IMG/VR virus record: IMGVR_UViG_3300042997_001979
Coordinates: 1 to 36,909 of that record
DNA length: 36,909 bases
From: a virus
Lineage: Duplodnaviria; Caudoviricetes
Reading direction: 5' to 3' (one strand)
A program made the translations under genes and the position numbers. Each line of letters opens with the position of its first letter. The first letter of the stretch is position 1. A model generated the notes under the pieces. That model saw only the letters and a list, made by a program, of their open reading frames with translations, was not told the origin of the DNA and searched no databases. Positions 28,503 through 35,766 of the stretch are shown here, one piece after another.

Positions 28503-30278
28503 TTATTTACTCCTCCCAAATAACCAATTATATTGTCTATACGCATCTTTAGGTAAATTATTTGGGTTGTCTTTATGATATATTAAATTATTATCTACAC
28601 CCATAGAGCCTATTTGATCAAAGGACGCACCATATGAATATAATGCTTTTTCTGGTTCATACGTTCTCTCGGATAAAGCCCACGATTCAATCATAGCTTT
28701 ATTTTTACTATCGTTCCTTTGTAATTGGTTAAAACAAATATCACCCGCATATAGTGCCATAGACATACTCATAATAGCATCATCATGTGCTCCTTTCATG
28801 TGATCGGGTCTACCATTTAAATAAACAAAAGTGTTAAGTTCATTTAGTAACCTACTTGATCTAACAATAAAACCTTTTCTCAATTGCTCTTCAAAGGCAG
28901 CTACAATTTGAGTTCTTTTATTATTAAAATTCAAACCAGGAATTTTTTCCATTGCTTTTCTGTTATACTCCCATATGTTTTGAGTATTAACACCGTCAAT
29001 GTATAAATTTTTATAATTCAACTCTTGTAATTTTCTTGAGGTTGCAACACCCATTCCACCTGTAATATCGACAACAATGAAACAATCATATAATACTCCC
29101 CATTTATAAGCAACCGCCGCTAAGTCATCAGGTGGTATTTTACCAATGTATTCAATTACTTGTTCTCTGTCATCAAAATCCACAATATTAATTGAGGAAT
29201 AGTCTTCACTATCACCTCTACTTACATCTACACCCATAATATAGCGATGTCCTTGTATTGGCTCTTTCCATTGCCAAAAGGTACCCTGCATATATTTTTC
29301 AATAGGTTGACGTATCATATTTTTTGCAATATCTTCTTGAATTGCATTTGGAATTACACCATCTCCCGAACCTAAAAAATCACATTCCAATTCCTGAGCA
29401 ATTTTACGCCTATCGTATTTGAATTTTTTAGACATCGACTCAAACCACGCTGAATATGGTTTATAACCGTTTTCTGTATACTCTTGAAATTTATCATCAG
29501 GTACATCATACGCAATAACTTCATCGTCATTGTATTGTTCACGATTTAACATATAGTGAACAATATCTTTACATTTAATCCATTTTAAATCTTTAGCATA
29601 GCGAGGATCTTTAAACCATCTTAAATCTGTAATATGAAAATCATTTATCCCACGAACCGCTTGATCATAAACGCCATAGTAAATTGGATCGTAGCCATTT
29701 GGTGTTGAGATAAGTATAATCTTACCGCCCGTTGATAGGGACGCCATAGACGCAGCCCAAAAGTCTTCTCCCGCCTCAATATAAGCCGCCTCATCAAATA
29801 CAAGTATCGTAGGTGTATAACCACGTAACGCATCCGCAGAGGTTGCTACGGCTTTAACTTCACAACCATTATTTAATCTAAATCTACTTTCGGAGTTTTT
29901 ATCGGGTGAGAAACCAACATTTAACCAATCAGGCCATTGTTCTAAAAAGTGTCTAACTTTATTAGCCATCTCCACCGCAGTATCTCGTTTGTTTGCAATA
30001 AGAAGAACTCTTTCCGGTTCGTCAGGTTTAGCAGTTTGCAATTTTTTTGAAATCCATGCTGCCGTTACTGTTGTAACTCCCGCCTGTCTATATTTTCTTG
30101 TGATATTCTCATTATACTTTTCATAGTCCTCTATCAATTGTATCTGATCAGGAAATAATTGTAATGGAACATATTTTTTTTGCGTATTATCATAAGTTTG
30201 CAAATATGTTTTTAAAGCATAAGGTGCATCTTTAATAATTTTTGCATATTCTTTTAACTGCTCAATCTTTGGATTCAT
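28503..30278 (-). CDS. terL: Terminase large subunit (T4 gp17-like)
   Basis: KYRQAGVTT, RGYTPTILVFDEAA, ISTPNG, QELECDF, MGVDVSRG..D and HDDAIMS motifs. Confidence 0.95.
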   Translation of the reverse strand: MNPKIEQLKEYAKIIKDAPYALKTYLQTYDNTQKKYVPLQLFPDQIQLIEDYEKYNENITRKYRQAGVTTVTAAWISKKLQTAKPDEPERVLLIANKRDTAVEMANKVRHFLEQWPDWLNVGFSPDKNSESRFRLNNGCEVKAVATSADALRGYTPTILVFDEAAYIEAGEDFWAASMASLSTGGKIILISTPNGYDPIYYGVYDQAVRGINDFHITDLRWFKDPRYAKDLKWIKCKDIVHYMLNREQYNDDEVIAYDVPDDKFQEYTENGYKPYSAWFESMSKKFKYDRRKIAQELECDFLGSGDGVIPNAIQEDIAKNMIRQPIEKYMQGTFWQWKEPIQGHRYIMGVDVSRGDSEDYSSINIVDFDDREQVIEYIGKIPPDDLAAVAYKWGVLYDCFIVVDITGGMGVATSRKLQELNYKNLYIDGVNTQNIWEYNRKAMEKIPGLNFNNKRTQIVAAFEEQLRKGFIVRSSRLLNELNTFVYLNGRPDHMKGAHDDAIMSMSMALYAGDICFNQLQRNDSKNKAMIESWALSERTYEPEKALYSYGASFDQIGSMGVDNNLIYHKDNPNNLPKDAYRQYNWLFGRSK

Positions 30279-30290
30279 ATATATAAATAC

Positions 30291-30316
30291 AAAAAAAAGG
30301 AGTATTTAACTCCTTT
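30291..30316 (-). terminator. Rho-independent terminator immediately before terL promoter motif
   Basis: The - strand reads AAAGGAGT-TAAAT-ACTCCTTTTTTTT, followed directly by GTATTTATA. Confidence 0.75.
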
Positions 30317-30322
30317 CTTATT

Positions 30323-31510
30323 TTATCTAACTAATTCCCCACCATCGTCATCGTCATCATCACTTGAATCATCAAGTAAAAACTCATTTTGGTTTATGTT
30401 TTCATAAACATTTTTCATTAGTTTACTCATATATTTTTTACCCTTTTCTGAACCTGTAAGAACTTCTTTAATAAAAATTAAGAAAGTCTTAGCGGGTAAT
30501 TTAAAAATTTCAGTTATTAAATAATTTTGATGCTCAACCATTGTTTCGTCAACTAATATCTCTTCAGGAAATTGGCTCCTAATTCTATCCCACATTGAAG
30601 GTCCTAATCTTAAATCCCACATTTCTTTATGGAGTAAATCTTCTTGTTGCATAACCTTGATAAATAATTCTTTATCTTCTGGTTCTCCTTGATGTGAAAA
30701 TAATTCTAATATACCCTTAATCAATTCGTGTATTAATGCGGGAAAATTAATAGCTCTTACTTTAATAGTCGGTGGCTCAGTTGTTCTATCAACTTCCTCT
30801 TTACCCGCAATAGAACCTTCCATAGCCATCATCTCCAATGAGTTATCAGGTAAATGCCAATATAGAGCATCGTTAACTGACATCATCTTTCCATACATGG
30901 CGGTTAAATTATCGTTACCCACTATGTCAGTTAACTCTTGTTCGACATAATGATACATGTAATGTCCTCTTTTTGAAGCGCCTTGTATAATTGCATTTAT
31001 ACATCTTCTTTTAGCACATTCTAATTTGAATATTTCGGACTCATCACTAATTTCCTCTTGCTCAATGTTAACTGGACTTTGAGGGTCTTCTGGTTTTTCC
31101 ATGTTGAAATCGTTAGTTTCAACACCACCAAACCCAATTATTTTAGCGTCAAATTGAATTACACCTTCAGGAATACCCATTTCTTTTTTAACAAGATTTA
31201 TTCCTAATTCTTCCAATTGTTCCCTATGTGGATTTTCTAATTCAATTATTTTATATACCGAATCCATCATTTCCCCCATGTATTGATTCAACCCTTGTTT
31301 ACCAACAATAGTAGTATCAAGATTAGTATATCTTCTAATCTTTTCTATTACTTGGGTGTACCTTTCGGAAGCTAATAGTTCTTGGAAATTTTGATTTGGT
31401 TCTTCTCCTGTTTTGGGAAATGGAATGATTTTTAAGGGCGTTTCCTCAAGTTGTAGTTTTTCTTGAACTCCCTTATCAAACCTGTCGTTTGTTGTAAAAT
31501 TAATAGCCAT
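30323..31510 (-). CDS. Hypothetical phage protein
   Basis: 395-aa ORF with AKRRCINAIIQGASKRGHYMY and HELIKG..E (HExxK) motifs. Confidence 0.75.
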   Translation of the reverse strand: MAINFTTNDRFDKGVQEKLQLEETPLKIIPFPKTGEEPNQNFQELLASERYTQVIEKIRRYTNLDTTIVGKQGLNQYMGEMMDSVYKIIELENPHREQLEELGINLVKKEMGIPEGVIQFDAKIIGFGGVETNDFNMEKPEDPQSPVNIEQEEISDESEIFKLECAKRRCINAIIQGASKRGHYMYHYVEQELTDIVGNDNLTAMYGKMMSVNDALYWHLPDNSLEMMAMEGSIAGKEEVDRTTEPPTIKVRAINFPALIHELIKGILELFSHQGEPEDKELFIKVMQQEDLLHKEMWDLRLGPSMWDRIRSQFPEEILVDETMVEHQNYLITEIFKLPAKTFLIFIKEVLTGSEKGKKYMSKLMKNVYENINQNEFLLDDSSDDDDDDGGELVR

Positions 31511-31579
31511 TTTATTATCTTTGGTGTAGATAAAAAATAACTAAAATTTTTAATAAAAACTAATTATGTGGATAAAATT

Positions 31580-31702
31580 TTAAGCCTTTGGATTGTGTTT
31601 TGGACCTTCTCCTGGTTTATATGGAGTATTAGGTGTTTTTGGCTTAGTGCCCGGCTTTACGGTTGGTGGTGTCTTTGGTTTTGTTGTTGGATTTGCTGCC
31701 AT
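31580..31702 (-). CDS. Unannotated 40-aa Pro/Lys/Thr-rich peptide
   Basis: MAANPTTKPKTPPTVKPGTKPKTPNTPYKPGEGPKHNPKA*. TAAAAC precedes the ATG (as for MCP), TATTTATT lies upstream, and GC is higher than the flanks. Confidence 0.75.
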   Translation of the reverse strand: MAANPTTKPKTPPTVKPGTKPKTPNTPYKPGEGPKHNPKA

Positions 31703-31757
31703 GTTTTAATTTATTTAAATAAATAATAACAAAAAAAATCAATAAAAACTAATCCTA

Positions 31758-32345
31758 TTACTTCTTTTTTCTAAGATGGTTTGTTATTACGTTTTTAATG
31801 TCTTTGGTATCCATAAAACTATCTTTTTTCACTTTTTTTGATTCATTCAATTTGTTTTGAATAAGTTCAATAATTTCATTTTTAGATGTAAAATTATGGT
31901 ATAGCTCATTTTCAGTAATGTTTTCAACCCATACTTTAGTACTAATCCCTTCTTTCTGAACGCTTTTCCACATTGCTGCAGTTGCTACTTTCTTTTTAGG
32001 TGCCGTTTTTTTAACGTCATCACCTTTCTTTTCTTTCTTCTTACCTTTTAATATTTTAAAATCTTCAGCATCTATTTTGCCGTTGTGATTCTTATCGATA
32101 TTCTTTTGTTTTCCTTTTAAATCTTCAGTTACATCGTCTTCACCAACAACATTTAAAGTTTGATTTTTATCCTTTGCTGCCGCTTGTAAAGAAGGACTTT
32201 TTTGTATGGCATCCATAGTTGTTGTTATAGCTTCACCCAACATTCTTTCAGCTAATTCATTAAGTTGTTTATCATTTAGTTTAACCAATGTTTTTTCCGA
32301 TAAACCCTCTGCAATAAGTTTTTCAACAATTATATCCCTTCTCAT
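31758..32345 (-). CDS. Hypothetical protein with EF-hand-like loop
   Basis: DKNHNGKIDAEDF motif and multiple x-x-E processing-like sites. Confidence 0.7.
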   Translation of the reverse strand: MRRDIIVEKLIAEGLSEKTLVKLNDKQLNELAERMLGEAITTTMDAIQKSPSLQAAAKDKNQTLNVVGEDDVTEDLKGKQKNIDKNHNGKIDAEDFKILKGKKKEKKGDDVKKTAPKKKVATAAMWKSVQKEGISTKVWVENITENELYHNFTSKNEIIELIQNKLNESKKVKKDSFMDTKDIKNVITNHLRKKK

Positions 32346-32743
32346 ATATTTTTAAATTTAATTTCTTCGTTTAGTAAAACAAACCCCCTTGACTTTAGTT
32401 TCTTTGTTACATTCTCTATCGGTTCTGCAAACTTGAATGTTAGTCTATCTTCAGTATTATTGAAGTCAAACTTTTCCCAAGCCATTGCAATAACCCCATC
32501 CACGGCATCAATAACACCAAAATAGTCAGAGTTTTGTATAAGTTCTAATTGTAAATCTGTATTTTTTAATAAACCAACTACATCAACATATTCGATGTCA
32601 GGCGATTTAGATTGAGAGCTAGACGATGCAGGAATAATAAACCATTCACCCATGTCAATCTCAGTAGTCTCGCTAAATACGAATTCGTATTGCTTTTGTC
32701 CTTTGTAGTCCGAACCGATTTCATTGACATATATTAAGTGCAT
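32342..32743 (-). CDS. Hypothetical protein
   Basis: 133-aa ORF with ATGA coupling to the next gene. Confidence 0.75.
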   Translation of the reverse strand: MHLIYVNEIGSDYKGQKQYEFVFSETTEIDMGEWFIIPASSSSQSKSPDIEYVDVVGLLKNTDLQLELIQNSDYFGVIDAVDGVIAMAWEKFDFNNTEDRLTFKFAEPIENVTKKLKSRGFVLLNEEIKFKNI

Positions 32744-32744
32744 T

Positions 32745-33800
32745 TTAGTGTTTAAAATATTTACTTAAAGTTTCACCAATCGCTTGGCTTATATTATTTT
32801 TAATTTCGTCTAAATCAATTTCTTCTAAGTGATCTTCACCATGTGCACCAATTTCAGGTCTCACTGGTTTCTTAGAACCTTCGGTTGCCATATAAGAATC
32901 CAAACTTGTTTCTATTTGATCATGAGGTGCTGGTGATTCAATAAATTCATCCAAAGCATTCATAGCTTCTTCACCCAATTCCGCATCAGAAGGTTCTTCG
33001 CTCGGAGCGTCTTCAGATGGCATATCACCATCAAAGTCGCTTTCATCTCCCTCTTCGTCTCTTTCGAATTTTTTAGCAATTTCTTCAATATCCTCATCAT
33101 CAAGTTTATCTAAATCCACTGCAGAAATAACCATATTAAGAACATACTTAATATCATCACTTTCCATTCTATCATGTAAATCTCTTAATTCTTGTCCTAA
33201 TTTACCTGCATATTTTTGAACTTCACCCATGTAATCAGAACGTTTAGCAGGATCTTCACTATTTTCCGTGTCACCACCCATATTTGCATCATCTGATGAT
33301 GTATCTCCCATACCCATATCGTTATCTGTTGATTTGGAAATTGGTTCTGATGGATTTACAGGTTCAGAAACATCGGGTGCCGCATCCATAGATGGTTCAG
33401 CAACTGGTGCTTCAGGAACTGGAGATGGTGCAGGTGCCTCAGCTTGCGGAGGTGCCGCTTGCTTTAAAACATATTTTGTAGCTTCTTGTAATTCTTCTTG
33501 TCCTTTTATTAAGTCTAATCTTTTAAATGCTTCAGAATATGATGTAAATCTATTTTTGTTTTTCATGAACATACCGCCGATATAATCGAGTGAAGATTCA
33601 TTTAAACCTCTTTTTACATAGTATCCGTCCTTTTCTTTAACGATACCAAAAACGCCACCGGTTTTGGATTCTTTAACTAATTCTGCTTTAGAAGAAGATG
33701 CGTTTTTCTTATTACTGTTGAAATATGTTAACTCAAGGATTCTTTTTAATTTGTCATCCCCGTTTAATTTTTCACTACCTAGTGGTTTGTATTCTGCCAT
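32745..33800 (-). CDS. Acidic hypothetical protein, possible prohead core/internal protein
   Basis: 351 aa with Pro/Ala and Asp/Glu-rich linkers and VKES/LNES/LQEA sites. Confidence 0.65.
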   Translation of the reverse strand: MAEYKPLGSEKLNGDDKLKRILELTYFNSNKKNASSSKAELVKESKTGGVFGIVKEKDGYYVKRGLNESSLDYIGGMFMKNKNRFTSYSEAFKRLDLIKGQEELQEATKYVLKQAAPPQAEAPAPSPVPEAPVAEPSMDAAPDVSEPVNPSEPISKSTDNDMGMGDTSSDDANMGGDTENSEDPAKRSDYMGEVQKYAGKLGQELRDLHDRMESDDIKYVLNMVISAVDLDKLDDEDIEEIAKKFERDEEGDESDFDGDMPSEDAPSEEPSDAELGEEAMNALDEFIESPAPHDQIETSLDSYMATEGSKKPVRPEIGAHGEDHLEEIDLDEIKNNISQAIGETLSKYFKH

Positions 33801-33875
33801 TTTTATTAAATTGTTAAATAAACTTATTCTTATCCTATAAATACATAGATATATGGAAAAAAATAGGTGTAGTTA

Positions 33876-34628
33876 TTATGTAATGGACAATTTTTTATCC
33901 GTTATACTTGTTTTTAGTTTTAAAAGTTTCTCAATGTATCCGTTTCTTCTTAAAAGTTTAAATACCAAATTTTCATAAGAATACTCACCTCCAGTCTCTA
34001 AACCACATTGTCTAAACTCTTTAATTTTAGCCCTTAACTTCTCAATTGATGGTAAAATGTTTTCATTTTCCCCGCTATTAACTATAGAATCAATCTTTTT
34101 TGCATAATATTCCGCTTTCCCTAATATCTTATTATCGTCAATATTTGCTTTTTCTTGTTTTGGTTCAATTTCCCATTTATCGTGTAAAATAGAATAAACA
34201 CCCGATGAAACGTGAGGTTCATCCACATCTTGAACGTACAATTCAACATCGTAACCTTTAATTACAATTTCGTGCTTTTCGTTCCAAACATTCTTTTTCG
34301 CATCAAAAAACTCCTTAACTAAATCTGAATTATATTTCGATTCCTTAAAATCAATCATGATGTGTAAATCAATATCCGAAAAATTAGACCAATTATAGTT
34401 AGCAATTGAACCTGTTAATACAATATCGTGAATAAAAAATTCAACCCCAAAGGTTTCAATAAATTCATCGGAGATTTGTAATAGTTTTTTTCTTATTTCA
34501 GGACGCATAGTAATTCCGCCCTCCGCATCCTCAAAAATTTGAGGGGATAATGTATCTTTAGGTTTAAAAGATTTAATAATCTTTTTGTCACCTTCCTTAT
34601 CTTCAATCAATTCCTCAAAAAGGCTCAT
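33876..34628 (-). CDS. Pol-beta-superfamily nucleotidyltransferase
   Basis: IVLTGSIANYNWSNFSDIDLHI (GS..DxD) and third acidic residue in DVELYVQD. Confidence 0.8.
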   Translation of the reverse strand: MSLFEELIEDKEGDKKIIKSFKPKDTLSPQIFEDAEGGITMRPEIRKKLLQISDEFIETFGVEFFIHDIVLTGSIANYNWSNFSDIDLHIMIDFKESKYNSDLVKEFFDAKKNVWNEKHEIVIKGYDVELYVQDVDEPHVSSGVYSILHDKWEIEPKQEKANIDDNKILGKAEYYAKKIDSIVNSGENENILPSIEKLRAKIKEFRQCGLETGGEYSYENLVFKLLRRNGYIEKLLKLKTSITDKKLSIT

Positions 34629-34870
34629 TTGACTTTTTTATATTTATGAACTTTAGCGATATGTTCGTTAAAGTATTTCCCGTGCGATTCCGCGAGTCTA
34701 AACTTAGTGAACTTCGCCCAAGGAACTTTATTATACTCATAAATAGAGCCGTTATTGAAAGTAACCGTTAAATCTTCAGTTTCTGTATTGAAATACATCG
34801 ATTTCAAATTAGACGAATTAATTTCAACCAAAATCGTTTTACCATCAATTTTTTCTGATACTATTGCCAT
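34625..34870 (-). CDS. KTSC-domain protein
   Basis: SSNLKSMYFN..LTVTFNNGSIYEYNKVP..AESHGKYFNEHI; probable ATG at 34870. Confidence 0.88.
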   Translation of the reverse strand: MAIVSEKIDGKTILVEINSSNLKSMYFNTETEDLTVTFNNGSIYEYNKVPWAKFTKFRLAESHGKYFNEHIAKVHKYKKVK

Positions 34871-34898
34871 ATGTTTTAAATTATATACAATAAATATC

Positions 34899-34929
34899 AA
34901 AAAAGAAACCCCCGATTTCTCGAGGGCTT
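34899..34929 (-). terminator. Rho-independent terminator between KTSC genes
   Basis: The - strand reads AGCCCTCGA-GAAA-TCGGGGGTTTCTTTTTT. Confidence 0.8.
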
Positions 34930-34937
34930 ATTTTAAC

Positions 34938-35189
34938 TTAGATTGTTTTTACTTTTCGATAAGTAAAGGCTTTCGAAATGTTTTGATTGAAGAACTTACC
35001 TTGTGATTTAGCAAGTCGAAACTTGGTAAACATGGTTGAAGGTACGCTTGTGTACTCATAAATGTTACCATTCACGAAAGATACTCTTAAGTTTTCTTTA
35101 AGAGTGTCATACTTTGCAGCTCTTAAACTTGTTGACTTGATTGATACTTCAATCATTTTTCCGTTGATTTTTTCTTTTTTTACTGACAT
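34938..35189 (-). CDS. KTSC-domain protein (paralog)
   Basis: STSLRAAKYD..LRVSFVNGNIYEYTSVP..AKSQGKFFNQNI. Confidence 0.88.
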   Translation of the reverse strand: MSVKKEKINGKMIEVSIKSTSLRAAKYDTLKENLRVSFVNGNIYEYTSVPSTMFTKFRLAKSQGKFFNQNISKAFTYRKVKTI

Positions 35190-35259
35190 ATTGTATATTT
35201 TTAATAGTATAAATCTACAAAATATAAATGATAAAAAAAAATTTTAGGGCAAATATTTT

Positions 35260-35613
35260 TTAATTTAACGAAATAAACCTTTCTAAACTCTTCTTTTTAT
35301 CGATTGGTAGGGTTAATGTTAAAACCCCATTCTCCACCTTACCAGTAATGTCCTTATCCTTAACATCGTCAGGAATAACGTAAGATTTTACAAAACTTGG
35401 AACAAAATAATTTAAATTTTCATCTTGGTTCTCAAAGGAAATCTTTAATTTACCTTCTTTTGTTAAAATTTTAATGTCATCTTTGGTTAACCCAGGAACA
35501 CTAATTGAAATTGTGTACTCAGTTTCGGTTTTGTTAATGTTTGTTTCAGGCGTAGATAGAAATCCCTTCGTATCAAACCCTGTAAAAAATGGATCTTTAA
35601 ATAATGTAATCAT
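35260..35613 (-). CDS. Small heat shock protein (Hsp20/alpha-crystallin)
   Basis: ISVPGLTKDDIKI..F.KSYVIPDDV..ITGKVENGVLTLTLP motifs. Confidence 0.92.
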   Translation of the reverse strand: MITLFKDPFFTGFDTKGFLSTPETNINKTETEYTISISVPGLTKDDIKILTKEGKLKISFENQDENLNYFVPSFVKSYVIPDDVKDKDITGKVENGVLTLTLPIDKKKSLERFISLN

Positions 35614-35638
35614 AATATATAATTTTTAACTATGATGT

Positions 35639-35655
35639 TGCAAATTTTTTGCCAA
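35639..35655 (-). promoter_or_regulatory. sigma54-type -24/-12 promoter for hsp20
   Basis: The - strand reads TTGGCAAAAAATTTGCA (GG-N10-GC), 25 nt upstream of the ATG. Confidence 0.6.
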
Positions 35656-35766
35656 GCAAATATTTTAGTCATTTTGTCATATTAATAAATATTTTTTTGA
35701 CAATTTGTCTTTATTTTTTTTTTAGAATAATTTATGTTACATTTGTCTTAATTAAAACACATTATT

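Noticed and set aside
21160-30278. Introns or inteins in MCP, portal or terminase
   Set aside because: ORFs are continuous with expected sizes and no splicing or homing motifs were seen.
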